NCBI GenBank assembly: GCA_963718615.1
Contig: OY970368.1
Location: forward strand, 5,472,001 to 5,536,000
Reading direction: 5' to 3'
From: an uncultured cyanobacterium
GTDB lineage: Bacteria; Cyanobacteriota; Cyanobacteriia; PCC-9006; JAAUQQ01
DNA: 64,000 bases
Position numbers and translations under genes: made by a program. Position 1 is the stretch's first letter. Every line of letters begins with the position of its first letter. Below, in pieces: positions 10,199 through 20,728 of the stretch. The notes beneath the pieces are model-generated. The model was not told the origin of the DNA and made no database searches. It saw nothing but the letters and a program-made list of their open reading frames with translations.

Positions 10199-11074
10199 AT
10201 GGTTAATCCAATAGATCAATCCAGCCTAGGCTACTCAGGTCGTTTGCCCAACCTTTTGATTATTGGTGCAATGAAAAGTGGAACCACCAGCCTATGCTAT
10301 TACCTTAATCTACATCCTGAGATTACCATGGCGCGAAAGAAGGAGGTGAATTTCTTTAGTGGCGATCGCCTAAACCCGAAAGATATTAATTGGTATTCCT
10401 TGCATTTTAATAAAAACACCAAAATCGCGGGAGAAGCATCTCCATCCTATACTAATTATCCCCTTAAGCCTGGTGTTGCTGAGCGGATTTTCAAACTCAT
10501 TCCGGATGTCAAGCTTATTTATATTCTTCGCGATCCTATAGATCGAATGATCTCCCAATACGTTCATCGCTATGCTGAAAATACTGAAAATAGAACGATT
10601 GAAGAAGTCTTCGAAAATCTAGATGATAATCCCTATATTCAAAGAAGTCAGTATGCAATGCAGCTAGACGAGTATTTATCCTACTTTCCGATGAGTAATA
10701 TTTTGATCACAACAGCAGAGGAGCTCAATGGCGATCGAGAACGAGTCCTTCGACAAATATTTAGTTTTCTAGAGGTCACAGCAGATTTTTATCATCCAAA
10801 GTTCGACAAAAAAATACATAGATCATCTTTTAAGCGACGCAAAACCGAGTTAGGTCTTGCCTTCTCAAAACGTCCTATTCCCCGAATGATTGCCCAGTTT
10901 CCATCTTACCTTCGCTATCCTATTCAAGAAGTGATGTATTATCCATTTTCTAGAAAAGTGGAGAGACCCAGGCTAAGTCCGACATTGCGAGAAAAAATTA
11001 CTAATTATCTCAAATTAGACGTTGAAAAGCTCAGAGAGCAAACCGGGAAAGACTTCTCGATGTGGAGTTTTTAA
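10199..11074 (+). CDS. PAPS-dependent sulfotransferase
   Basis: 5'PSB IIGAMKSGTTSL, KEVNFF, GEASPSY, 3'PB LRDPIDRMIS. Confidence 0.9.
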   Translation: MVNPIDQSSLGYSGRLPNLLIIGAMKSGTTSLCYYLNLHPEITMARKKEVNFFSGDRLNPKDINWYSLHFNKNTKIAGEASPSYTNYPLKPGVAERIFKLIPDVKLIYILRDPIDRMISQYVHRYAENTENRTIEEVFENLDDNPYIQRSQYAMQLDEYLSYFPMSNILITTAEELNGDRERVLRQIFSFLEVTADFYHPKFDKKIHRSSFKRRKTELGLAFSKRPIPRMIAQFPSYLRYPIQEVMYYPFSRKVERPRLSPTLREKITNYLKLDVEKLREQTGKDFSMWSF

Positions 11075-11125
11075 CAGAATCCTTTTAAGCGATCTCTTTA
11101 AACGACCTTTGGAAACAGGTATTAT

Positions 11126-12673
11126 CTAGTATCCTCCGGGAGCAAAGGTAATTGTTTTTCTTCCCACTGGCGCATCTGCGGCGAAGGTCTTGGGTAACCA
11201 GTCTTGTAGTTTACGTTTTTGTGATTGGTACTGAATATTACTAGCCAGATTGTTCCATTCATCGGGGTCGGTTTGATGGTCATAAAACTCCTCAGTTCCA
11301 TCTTCATAGCGGATGAGTCGAAACTGCTCAGAGCGAGCACTGGCATGGTGTTGCCAAGTCATAACCGCAGGATAATTCCACTCAGCCAAGGGATTTTTTA
11401 GCAGTGGCATGAGACTGTGACCAGAAACCTGATTGGATACCTCTATCTGACACAGATCGGCAAGGGTTTTATAGAGATCAAGTAAGCTGACAGTGCGATC
11501 GCAGAACGCTCCACCCAACTGGTTGTTCGAGGATGAGGTTAGCAACTCTTGAGGAACAGAGATCAACAGAGGCACACGGGTTGCCTCTTCCCACAAGGTT
11601 CCCTTTCGCCAATGTAGTTTTTCTCCTAAATGCCAGCCGTGGTCTGACCAAATCACAACAATCGTATTTTGACTATGGGGACCTGCGTCTAGCGCATCTA
11701 AAACACGGCCCAGCATATCGTCAGAAAAATAAATAGAGGCCAAATATCCTTGAACAGCTTGACGAAACTGTTGATATTTAAGCACGTTAGCATGGTCTTT
11801 CTCCGGCTTAGCTAAAGCAATTCCTGAGGGAGGAATATCATCTAAATCGTTGGTTTTAAGGCGCGGAAGCTGAATTTTATCCAAGGGAAACGCATCGAAA
11901 TAACGCTGTGGTGCATAAAATGGTAAATGGGGTAAAAAGAAACCACAGGCTAGAAAGAAAGGGCGATCGCGCTCCTGTTGCAGTTGCCCAGACACCCAGT
12001 TTGCCACTTTTGCCTCGTGCATTTCTTCCACATCAACAGACAGTGCACCCCAATCAAACTGACCTGAGGGATCGGGAATACCGCTGACAGGACGCGTTTG
12101 AGGACGGGGACTCCAATCAAAAGTACCGGACCGAGCACGATTGACAAATAGTCCCCGAGAGACTTCAACCCGTGGATGAGACTCATCCCAACCATCGGAC
12201 TCGGGAAAACGACCGTGATAGATTTTTCCAGCTCCACCCACCCAATAGCCATTTTGGTGAAAGAGCTGAGGCAACGTTATGGCATTGGGCAACGCGGCAC
12301 GCCAGTCATGATGATTATCATAAACACCGGATAGATGACTAGGAACTCCGGTTAACACTGCGGAGCGGGAAGAATTGCAGGTGGGAGAGGAGCAATAGGC
12401 CCGTCGAAACAGCACACCACGCTGACTGAAGCGATCGAAGTTCGGTGTTTTCGCCTGAGGATGACCCCCTAAAACACCGACCCAGTCATTGAGATCGTCA
12501 ATGGAAATAAACAGTACATTGGGCTTTTGGCTAAGTCTTGCAGGATTAACTGAAAGATCAGTCGGATTTGGGCTTAATGCAGGAGAGCGAGACGTTCTTT
12601 CAGATTGACAACTTGTGATAAGTGCCGTCGCCGAGGAAGCTCCGGCTAACCAACAAAAGTCTCTACGTTTCAT
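11126..12673 (-). CDS. Sulfatase (iduronate/choline-sulfatase-like), Tat lipoprotein
   Basis: KPNVLFISIDDL, CNSSRSAVLTG, GKIYH, PHLPF, SDHGWHLGEK; signal MKRRDF...LITSC. Confidence 0.9.
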   Translation of the reverse strand: MKRRDFCWLAGASSATALITSCQSERTSRSPALSPNPTDLSVNPARLSQKPNVLFISIDDLNDWVGVLGGHPQAKTPNFDRFSQRGVLFRRAYCSSPTCNSSRSAVLTGVPSHLSGVYDNHHDWRAALPNAITLPQLFHQNGYWVGGAGKIYHGRFPESDGWDESHPRVEVSRGLFVNRARSGTFDWSPRPQTRPVSGIPDPSGQFDWGALSVDVEEMHEAKVANWVSGQLQQERDRPFFLACGFFLPHLPFYAPQRYFDAFPLDKIQLPRLKTNDLDDIPPSGIALAKPEKDHANVLKYQQFRQAVQGYLASIYFSDDMLGRVLDALDAGPHSQNTIVVIWSDHGWHLGEKLHWRKGTLWEEATRVPLLISVPQELLTSSSNNQLGGAFCDRTVSLLDLYKTLADLCQIEVSNQVSGHSLMPLLKNPLAEWNYPAVMTWQHHASARSEQFRLIRYEDGTEEFYDHQTDPDEWNNLASNIQYQSQKRKLQDWLPKTFAADAPVGRKTITFAPGGY

Positions 12674-12764
12674 AAAAATGAAGTGGACCCAATGGACTGA
12701 ACAGATTTGGAAGGAGAGTAAGCTCTAAATTCTTCCTGTTCGTGGCCTTGATTTAGAGACTGCT

Positions 12765-13183
12765 CTCAGCTACACCGTCAAAGTAAATCTCATCCGGTGT
12801 TTTATAATCCAGTGACTGATGCAATTTCAACTGATTATATCAGCTAAACCATTTCTTCACCTCCTGATTTAAGTGATTCCCAGTCTCAAAACGCTTCAGA
12901 TAAATCAGCTCATACTTCAGCGAGCGCCACAGCCTTTCAATGAAGATGTTGTCGTGACATCTTCCTCGTCCGTCCATACTCACCTGAGCTCCGGCTGTTT
13001 TCAACCTCTCGGTAAACGCCTTCGCAGTAAACTGAGACCCTTGGTCTGAATTGAAAATCTCAGGGCATCCATACTCCTGCAACGCCTCCTCCAAAGCCTC
13101 CAAACAGAACTGCACATCCATCGCGGTTCGAGATTCGCCAACTCAGCACCTTACGGCTATACCAGTCCATGATCACCACCAGT
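12765..13183 (-). mobile_element. IS3-family transposase pseudogene fragment
   Basis: LVVIMDWYSRKVLSWRISN, then a frameshift, then FNSDQGSQFT, SMDGRGRCHDNIFIERLWRSLKYE, an in-frame TGA, and YNQLKLHQSLDYKTP. Confidence 0.88.
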
Positions 13184-13329
13184 CAGAGCTTAGCTCCCTG
13201 TCCAGTTTTTGGGAACCATTCTAATTTTGACCGCCACCAACCCATCCTACAAATCATTCAGCCTTCCTACTTAGCGGGCTCGGGCTGTCAAAATAAAATA
13301 GTTCAGGGAATCTCAGAGAAAATCGCACC

Positions 13330-14133
13330 ATGAATTCATCGCCCATTGCCGTTGCTTTACTCCTCACAGGGTTACTCACGGTCGGTTGTCAGGGGAAAAA
13401 CGCGATCGATAACCCATCAGCGAATCCATCAGCGAATCCATTAGCGAATCCATCAGGCAATCCATTGGCTAACCAGCCATCCCCAGCAGCTATCGCTATC
13501 GACCCAACGCCAGCTTCTACAGAAACATCACCAGCAGCTCCATCTTCCACCACCAACCAGCCCACCAACCAACCCACCATCGCCACCCTCACCCGCATCG
13601 AGCAGGGCGATCTCCAGTGCTACCTCAGTCTCCGCGATGACCAGGGCAAGACCTACGAGGTCGGCGGCAGCTTTGAAATTTGTGACCAGCAATACCTCGA
13701 CCAAAGGGTCCAGCTCACCTACGCTCGCGCTACGATCAACGACTGCCAAAGCAACGAACCCTGCGGCAAGACCAAAGAGGTCATGCTCATCACAGCGATT
13801 CAACCGATTACAGATTCTTCAGAAAATTCAGCGAACTCAGGCGATCGCATCACCCTCAGCAACCGGAACTGGACCATTACCGTGGGCAATCGAGACTCCT
13901 GGTCTGGGGTGAATGGCACCGGCAATCTGAGCTACAAGGGCTGCGATGCCGATGGCAACTGTCTAGAACTGAGCGGCGGCACCATCACCTGCCGGGACGG
14001 GAAATGCATCAGCGGTTGGAAAAACGGCAACTACACCTACGCCCTTGTCTCCCCTATCACCGAAACCGGTGACGGCCCCACCCAGCTCCTCGTGCGCGAA
14101 GGGGATAAAGTCATTGTGGATGAGCAGCTCTAG
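13330..14133 (+). CDS. Lipoprotein, Cys-rich, with NPSA/TNQP repeat linker
   Basis: Lipobox LTVGC; low-complexity linker; two Cys-containing domains. Confidence 0.8.
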   Translation: MNSSPIAVALLLTGLLTVGCQGKNAIDNPSANPSANPLANPSGNPLANQPSPAAIAIDPTPASTETSPAAPSSTTNQPTNQPTIATLTRIEQGDLQCYLSLRDDQGKTYEVGGSFEICDQQYLDQRVQLTYARATINDCQSNEPCGKTKEVMLITAIQPITDSSENSANSGDRITLSNRNWTITVGNRDSWSGVNGTGNLSYKGCDADGNCLELSGGTITCRDGKCISGWKNGNYTYALVSPITETGDGPTQLLVREGDKVIVDEQL

Positions 14134-14374
14134 GCCCAGTGATTCGCTGGATAAACCCGGTTCGTCATCAAAAATTGTGAAATCATTAAGCTACGATTTC
14201 GTTTTCTGAGGGAATTCCCCTAGAATCTCAATACATTCTTAGAGAGTTGCCCTTAGAGTGTAATCCCCGAGACGGTCTTCTAGGTGCTTTCCGGAGCACA
14301 CTGACAAAATCGGACCCCGTTTAGAATCTGTTTGAGTCGGCTGTAGTTATTGTTGGTTATTCCAGGGTCAATCC

Positions 14375-15619
14375 ATGACAAACTCTCCTGAGCCCCCGCA
14401 GCAACGCGATCGCAGAAATCCCCTAGATTTCGACGAATGGGTCGCCCTGTTGGTGGCCTTCGGTACCATTGGCGCGATTTTGTTTTGGAGCATGATGCGC
14501 CCCCAAGGCGGTACCTGGAACTGGGCCAAAGGTTTTGGGGCAAACAACAATCAAACCGGACTGGTGGGCAATGATGGCGCTGCCCAGATTGCAGCCGGTG
14601 GCAAAGGCTTAATGGCTGATTTGGGCCTGGGTGGAGAAGAGGTAGAACGCACCACAGGACCCATTGCTCAGCCCACCGTTAAAGGCGAAGCCGATGTCAA
14701 CGCTATCGATAACACGTTTATTGGACCCCAAGCCATTCCAGGGCGCAGACCCTCCGGTGCAGGGCTGGCGGCGGCAGGGGTAGCCGGTGCAGCTGCGGGG
14801 ATCGGCGCAACAGCCGGAGCTCCTGCCGCTGAAACTCCAGTAACTGAAACTCCGGCTCCCTTGAGTTCGGAGGCAGCGAGTCCGACCGCGATCGTGACAG
14901 AAACCCCCGCTGCCGTTGTCGCCCCTTCAACCGAGACCCCAGCCAGTCCAACGACGACCGCGACCGCGAGCCCGACCGAATCTCCGATTGTTGAGGCAAC
15001 GGACGCGCCGGAGTTAGGGCTGCCTGATATTCCTCAAAGCTCTTGGGTGTATCCCTTTGCGGCTTCGTTGAAGAAGGGCGATCGCCTCGGCGAACTCCCC
15101 AATGCGCAGAAATTTGACGTGGATGCCCCGGTCACCCGCGCCGAGTTTGCAACCTTAATTAGCCAAGGGGAGCAGGTGCAAGGGGACGCAGCGGCGGCAG
15201 CGAAGGAATTTGCTGATATCGGAGATACCTTCTGGGCTGCTTCGAGCATCGCGGGCGCTCAAGAGGCAGGCTTTATGAAAGGCTACACCGTACAAGGGGG
15301 TGGCAAAGTCTTTCGGCATGAGCAACAGATTCCTCGCTGGCAGGTGTTTGTGGCGATCGCCAGCGGTCTCCAACTCCAGCCCCCCACCGATGTGGATGCG
15401 GTTCTGAGCAAATTTGACACCGAAGGCATTCCCCAATGGGCCAGGGCTCAGGTGGCAGCAACGGTGAGTGAAGGCTTGGTGATTAATCCCAAGGACCAAA
15501 CCCAGTTAGAAGCTACCCGTCCGACCACCCGTGGTGAAGCGGCTGCCATGATTCAGCAGGTCCTGGAGCGGCAGAATAAGGTCGATAAGGTCGAGTCCAA
15601 AGTCACCGTCCAACCCTAG
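14375..15619 (+). CDS. Membrane-anchored S-layer homology (SLH) domain protein
   Basis: N-terminal TM, Pro/Thr/Ala linker, SLH motifs VTRAEFA, GFMKGY and TTRGEAA. Confidence 0.88.
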   Translation: MTNSPEPPQQRDRRNPLDFDEWVALLVAFGTIGAILFWSMMRPQGGTWNWAKGFGANNNQTGLVGNDGAAQIAAGGKGLMADLGLGGEEVERTTGPIAQPTVKGEADVNAIDNTFIGPQAIPGRRPSGAGLAAAGVAGAAAGIGATAGAPAAETPVTETPAPLSSEAASPTAIVTETPAAVVAPSTETPASPTTTATASPTESPIVEATDAPELGLPDIPQSSWVYPFAASLKKGDRLGELPNAQKFDVDAPVTRAEFATLISQGEQVQGDAAAAAKEFADIGDTFWAASSIAGAQEAGFMKGYTVQGGGKVFRHEQQIPRWQVFVAIASGLQLQPPTDVDAVLSKFDTEGIPQWARAQVAATVSEGLVINPKDQTQLEATRPTTRGEAAAMIQQVLERQNKVDKVESKVTVQP

Positions 15620-15639
15620 AATTCCCAACCCACCCCGTA

Positions 15640-15706
15640 GAAACCCAACAGGCTGAGCGTTTGTGCTAGGGCTTGTTGGGTTTCGCTTTGCTCAACGCCA
15701 ACCTAC
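15640..15706. repeat. REP-like inverted pair, family A, between convergent genes
   Basis: gaaacccaaca...tgttgggtttcgctttgctcaacgccaacctac. Confidence 0.7.
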
Positions 15707-16275
15707 GCGGGGGAGAGGGCGATCGCCTGTCGATAGATCGCTTCCAAATTCGCTGCAAGATCCTGGGACAACCGCTTCTCCACCACCTGCACCGGCATCG
15801 TCAGCTTCGGCAAAATGCTCAGACAGTAGGACAACCGTGTGTGGGGCTTACCATTCACCTCGATCGCCTCCAATGTCCAGGATCCCTTCATCATTTTGAA
15901 ATCCCCTTCAACCATGGCAAAAGAAATCGTGCTGGGATAGTTCTCTTCCATATCCAACACGACTCGGGCCGAGAAATTGAACTTATTGAAGACTTTTTGG
16001 GTGCCCACCTGCTCTAGACGAACCTTGTGATCCCCGTCGGGATGGGGAAGGCGACGGCTGACCGCGAGGTTGGGGATAATGTCTGCTAGGCGATCGTAAC
16101 TGGTCAAAATTCGCCACACCGGGTCCACGGAGCAGGGAATCTGAATCGAAGCGCACAGATCCCGCTGCCGCCCTTGGGCCTCCGTCTTTAGCTCAATGGG
16201 ACAAGACAAAGGGGGCAAATCTGGAGCGCCCGCCCAAGCCTTCTCTAAAATTGGATCATCTTTGAGGTTAGTCAC
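15703..16275 (-). CDS. SRPBCC / polyketide cyclase-dehydrase family protein
   Basis: VWRILTSYDRLADIIPNL, RLEQVG, FSARVVLD, MVEGDF..MKGSW. Confidence 0.85.
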   Translation of the reverse strand: MTNLKDDPILEKAWAGAPDLPPLSCPIELKTEAQGRQRDLCASIQIPCSVDPVWRILTSYDRLADIIPNLAVSRRLPHPDGDHKVRLEQVGTQKVFNKFNFSARVVLDMEENYPSTISFAMVEGDFKMMKGSWTLEAIEVNGKPHTRLSYCLSILPKLTMPVQVVEKRLSQDLAANLEAIYRQAIALSPA

Positions 16276-16350
16276 GGCACTTTAACCCAGGCTGAACGGT
16301 ATCAGTCTTCTTAAACATACCCCCACTTTCTACAAAATATCTAGGGCAAC

Positions 16351-16390
16351 TTTGAAGATAACTGTGGCGATTTGAAGACAACTGTGGCGA
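16351..16390. repeat. 20-bp tandem direct repeat in the divergent promoter region
   Basis: tttgaagataactgtggcga / tttgaagacaactgtggcga. Confidence 0.75.
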
Positions 16391-16524
16391 TTTAGCTCAG
16401 TAGCTCAGTTCCCTCACGGAGAGAGGCCCCCTATCCTCAGGCAATTTCCCAGATCAGGCTGTGCATGAAATTTAGCAAGCGGGAATAATGGCCATGGGTG
16501 CTAGATAGCGTTTCTTTGGCAAGA

Positions 16525-17397
16525 ATGCCAGGCCAGGATGAGTGTATGCGAGACACCTGCTTAGCCCCCGAACAATTGACCTCCGGACAATGTTTACCCA
16601 AAACATTATTAGACCCATTAAATACAAATGGCTTTGATGGCGTTCTCCAGGTAAAGGGGTTTGGAGTGGAATGGTTTATCTATTTCCGCGAGGGGCAGAT
16701 TGTCTATACGACCAATTCAGTAGACCCCCTAGAACGGCTTGAACGCTGCCTGCGCGGTTTTTCGCAGCAGCAACCCGAGCTAACCCAAGCTTGGCGAAAT
16801 CAAGCCTGTCGGCAATTTGAGGATCAAGCAGCAGCGGCGGACTCCCCCTTCACAGCCGACTATCAGGCAATGCTTTGGCTAGTTGACCAAGGACGCTTGG
16901 ATATCTTGATGGCAGGAACCCTGGCGAGCAAAATTACTGCTGAAGTCTTTGAGAGTTACTTACTGCTTCCCAGCGCAACCTATGAGATTCAGCACATCCT
17001 GCTGGCTGATCTACCCGCCTTTTGCGCCCTTGCCCCTCAAACCTTGATTGCTCGGACCCAAGAACGTCTCCAGCTCTGGGCTGCCCTGCCGCCACAAATC
17101 ACCTCTCCCTACCAACGCCCCTATTTGGCGGGAGAGATCTTAGCTCGGCAAAAGCTCTCGCCAGAAACGGTCAGCTCCCTCAGCCGCCTTCTGGTGGGTT
17201 TCAATTTTCGGCAACTGGGCATGCTGACCGAACAAGATGATCTCCTCGTCGCCAAGCGGTTTGCTCCGCTGATTACCCAGGGCGTTGTGATTTTACGGGA
17301 GCCGGTTTCTCCATTCGATCGCCTCCCTCGCATCCGTTCTCTCCCCCCCTCCCTGCACAATCCCCCCAGAGCCCTGCCTCCAGCACCAGTCAGGTGA
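16525..17397 (+). CDS. PatA-type regulator, N-terminal PATAN/DUF4388 part (frameshifted from its receiver)
   Basis: WFIYFREGQIVY, ERLER, EVFESY, SPYQRPY, PFDRLP; paralogous to 18158-19462; start uncertain. Confidence 0.8.
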   Translation: MPGQDECMRDTCLAPEQLTSGQCLPKTLLDPLNTNGFDGVLQVKGFGVEWFIYFREGQIVYTTNSVDPLERLERCLRGFSQQQPELTQAWRNQACRQFEDQAAAADSPFTADYQAMLWLVDQGRLDILMAGTLASKITAEVFESYLLLPSATYEIQHILLADLPAFCALAPQTLIARTQERLQLWAALPPQITSPYQRPYLAGEILARQKLSPETVSSLSRLLVGFNFRQLGMLTEQDDLLVAKRFAPLITQGVVILREPVSPFDRLPRIRSLPPSLHNPPRALPPAPVR

Positions 17398-17858
17398 ATG
17401 ACGTTAGGGTGAATGACGTTAGGGTGAATGACGTGGGTGAGTCTTTGCCAAATTCCACCGAGCCTTCAGCGACCCCACTTCAGCGTCAATGGCAAATTGT
17501 TTGTATTGATGATAGCCAAGCGGTCCTCAACGAAATGAAACGCTTGCTGGAAGGGAATACGTTCAGCCTTTCCCTGATTACAGACCCTAAGCAGGCGCTC
17601 ATGAAAATCATTTCGGTCAAACCCGATCTGATTCTTTTAGATGTCAATATGCCCGGCATTGACGGCTATCAGCTTTGTTCTCTCATCCGTAAATCTTCAG
17701 CATTGCAGCATATTCCCATTGTGATGATTACAGGCAATCGGGGCCTGATGGATCGCGCCCGAGCCAAAATGGTCGGAGCTACCGATTACTTAGTCAAACC
17801 GTTCACACAAAAAAGCCTACTAAAAATACTGTTCCGTCATCTCAGTGACGCTACGTAA
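17394..17858 (+). CDS. Receiver domain (C-terminal part of the split PatA-type gene)
   Basis: IVCIDDS, PDLILLDVNMPGIDGY, DYLVKPFT; very similar to the C-terminus of 18158-19462; begins with 15-bp repeats (VNDVR x2-3). Confidence 0.8.
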   Translation: MNDVRVNDVRVNDVGESLPNSTEPSATPLQRQWQIVCIDDSQAVLNEMKRLLEGNTFSLSLITDPKQALMKIISVKPDLILLDVNMPGIDGYQLCSLIRKSSALQHIPIVMITGNRGLMDRARAKMVGATDYLVKPFTQKSLLKILFRHLSDAT

Positions 17859-18157
17859 CGAGAAGGTCCTGGGAAACCTCAATTCAACGGACTTAAATAC
17901 GCTGCCCAGATACACAGAATCTAGTTCCTTAAAGACTTGGACATCTAGCCTTTGGTTCGTTCTAATCTCCATGACCTCCATTATAAATCTTGATGGTCTT
18001 CTCGTTTTAGGCTGTGATTCTCTACTTTCTTTCGGGAAGCTTAGAAATGTGGAGTTTGCTATAGACACGGACTTGTCCTCACCCCAGGTATCTCTGAATA
18101 AGTTGCGTTGCGATGCAATCTTGCTCAACAGCTTGAAGAAAGGAACCCCTGAACATC

Positions 18158-19462
18158 ATGGAAGCAGTCTACGTTAGCCCTGCGGAGCTTACCGCTGAAG
18201 CCCTGACCAGCCAGATCCAGAGTCTAGCCGAGGGATATATTAAGATTGATAGCGGAACGATACAGTGGTTTATCTACTGTAAACAGGGCCAAGTGGTTTA
18301 TGCGAGTAACTCCGTTGAACCCTTTGAGCGTTTAGAAAGAATTATCAAAAGTAGTCTCAGAGATTCATCCCTGAGTAGCTCTGATTTGCTCGGTCAAGTG
18401 CGCAGCTTGTTTGAACAGCTTGAGGCCGACCCCCAGAGCTTGATCCATTCTGATTATCAAGTGCTGCATTGGCTGGTGGAGGAAAAGCATTTAGAGCCGG
18501 CGATCGCCCAAACCCTCATCCATCGCCTCATGATTGAGGTGCTGGAAAGTTATTGTCTCTTGCCCAACTTGGCTTACCCGATCACTGCGATCGCCATTGC
18601 CAATCTCCCCAGTCTTTATCAAGCAGATCTCAATCAACTGCTGGAAGAAGCACAAGCTCGACTCCAAATCTGGAAAGGATTTCTTCCCCATTTCTACTCG
18701 CCCTATCAGCGTCCCTATTTGACGGGGGCACCTCTGACCCACAGCAATCTTGATCCTGAATTTAAATCCCGGCTCAGACAGCTCTTAATTGGCTTTAGCT
18801 TTCGACAGATCGCCATGCTCGTCGCTCAAGACGAAATTGATTTAGCCCGCCAATTTCTGCCCTTGGTTCAACAGGGCGTGATTCATCTTCATGATCCCTT
18901 TTCTCCCTTCGATCAACTGCCTTGGCGCAAGAATTGGGCTTCTTCGGGATTAGCCGGGGCAACAACAGAACGAGCCCCAATGATTTCAGAGAACAGTTCC
19001 GCAACTTCTAGCAGCAACACGTTCTCTCCAGAATTAACACCGGGACAGAGCTCAGGCGGAGCCATTCAAACCGATGTGTCAGCCACCCCGCAAAAAGTTT
19101 GGAAAATCGTTTGCATTGACGACAGCACAGCCGTATTAAAGGAAATTGAGCGTTTTCTAGAGGCTGATTTATTCTCGCTGACGTTGATCGACGATTCTAA
19201 AAAAGCATTGATGAAAATTAGTTCCGTTAAGCCAGATATCGTTTTGCTCGATGCCAATATGCCTGGGATCGATGGTTATCAAGTTTGCAGTATGCTGCGT
19301 AAGTCTTCGAGTCTCAAAGATATTCCTGTCATTATGGTGACCGGTAATCGAGGGCTGATGAATCGAGCCCGAGCCAAAGTGGCTGGTGTCACCGATTATC
19401 TGAATAAGCCCTTTACCCAGAAAGAATTACTAGATATGGTTTTTCGGCATCTCAACACCTAA
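18158..19462 (+). CDS. PatA-family response regulator (PixG/TaxP-like)
   Basis: PATAN domain plus receiver in one frame, at the head of the chemosensory operon. Confidence 0.9.
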   Translation: MEAVYVSPAELTAEALTSQIQSLAEGYIKIDSGTIQWFIYCKQGQVVYASNSVEPFERLERIIKSSLRDSSLSSSDLLGQVRSLFEQLEADPQSLIHSDYQVLHWLVEEKHLEPAIAQTLIHRLMIEVLESYCLLPNLAYPITAIAIANLPSLYQADLNQLLEEAQARLQIWKGFLPHFYSPYQRPYLTGAPLTHSNLDPEFKSRLRQLLIGFSFRQIAMLVAQDEIDLARQFLPLVQQGVIHLHDPFSPFDQLPWRKNWASSGLAGATTERAPMISENSSATSSSNTFSPELTPGQSSGGAIQTDVSATPQKVWKIVCIDDSTAVLKEIERFLEADLFSLTLIDDSKKALMKISSVKPDIVLLDANMPGIDGYQVCSMLRKSSSLKDIPVIMVTGNRGLMNRARAKVAGVTDYLNKPFTQKELLDMVFRHLNT

Positions 19463-19713
19463 ACCCCGAGACAAAGATCCACTAGGGTGGAAAAACAGGG
19501 CAGTGAAACAGGATTATGAGACACGCTGCAAAATAATATTTAGCCGGATTATTCTGATGCTTTTCCCGCGATTCTGGGGATTCTAAGCACAGGCGGATTA
19601 ACCCTGATCGAGGTCGAGCGATCAGCCTTCTTTTCAGGGCAACCTCGAATCTGCGCCACTCAAGATTTATCAGAATCAAATCTGATTTTTTCTTTTTCTA
19701 GGAGATAACTTAC

Positions 19714-20076
19714 ATGGCGACCATTCTACTGGTTGAAGATACAGCTTCTGAGCGTCAACTTTTGACTCAGTATCTGCAAGAAGCAGGCCATCTGATTATT
19801 GATGCCAGCAACGGAACCGAAGCGCTACAGAAGCTGCAATCGAACAAGCCAGATGTGATTGTGACCGATTTGGTCATGCCTGGAATGAGCGGTTTGGAAC
19901 TCTGCCGCAATCTCAAGAAGGATCCGAGCACCAAAGATTTGCCCATTGTGGCCTGTAGCTCCAAGGATCAGGATCTGGACAAGATGTGGGCGCTCAAGCA
20001 GGGCGTCAATGTCTATGTCACTAAGCCCTTTAGCCGTGAAGACATCGTCAACGCCGTTTCGTCTGTGGCAGGCTAA
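19714..20076 (+). CDS. CheY-like response regulator (PixH-like)
   Basis: Single receiver: LVED, TDLVMPGMSG, KPF; preceded by RBS AGGAG. Confidence 0.93.
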   Translation: MATILLVEDTASERQLLTQYLQEAGHLIIDASNGTEALQKLQSNKPDVIVTDLVMPGMSGLELCRNLKKDPSTKDLPIVACSSKDQDLDKMWALKQGVNVYVTKPFSREDIVNAVSSVAG

Positions 20077-20083
20077 GGCAGCG

Positions 20084-20572
20084 ATGGCCAGCATTGCTCC
20101 GACCCTCCAAGCGACGACAGCGCTGCAGAATAGCGGAGAACCCTATATTCGTCTTCAATTGGACCAGCGTGCGATCGCAGCGGTCAGTACAGCCCATGCC
20201 CAAGAAGTCGTGGTCGTCGCAGCGCAACAGCTCACGGTGATTCCCAATAAACCGCGTTCCATCATGGGTCTGTTAAATCACCGCAGTCGCATTTTTTGGG
20301 TTCTGGATCTTCCCCAGATTTTTGGCCTGACCCCCTTGGATCCGAGAGCTCCGGAGTACCATATTGCGATTCTTCGGGTGGGTTCTTTGCATGTGGGCGT
20401 TGCGGTCAAAGCCATTCAAGGTGTAACGCGATTGTCAGCGGATCTCATTGAGTCCCCTGTCGACAATGCCTTGCCGCTGGGATTGGTGCCCTATTTGCGG
20501 GGTTGTATTCCCTCCCAACAGGAAATGCTGTTGATTCTGGATGCGGAGGCGATCGCCACCTACACCGGTTAG
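20084..20572 (+). CDS. CheW-like adaptor (PixI-like)
   Basis: LTVIPN...MGLLNHRSRIFWVLDL, PYLRGC, LILDAEAI. Confidence 0.9.
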   Translation: MASIAPTLQATTALQNSGEPYIRLQLDQRAIAAVSTAHAQEVVVVAAQQLTVIPNKPRSIMGLLNHRSRIFWVLDLPQIFGLTPLDPRAPEYHIAILRVGSLHVGVAVKAIQGVTRLSADLIESPVDNALPLGLVPYLRGCIPSQQEMLLILDAEAIATYTG

Positions 20573-20728
20573 CTTGCGATCGCCATCAATCCCCTCTCGC
20601 CCAACCAGCGGCTCACCCTGGCGGTAGTTCCAAGTTCTACCGCCAATTCTCAGATTTCGTCATCCAGATTTCGTTTTTCCTTCCTCTCTTTATTTTCCCC
20701 TCCATCGTTCCATCGAGGTCTCTGCGGC

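Noticed and set aside
17845-18177. 110-aa and 102-aa ORFs between the PatA genes
   Set aside because: No recognisable motifs; overlapping on both strands; most likely promoter DNA
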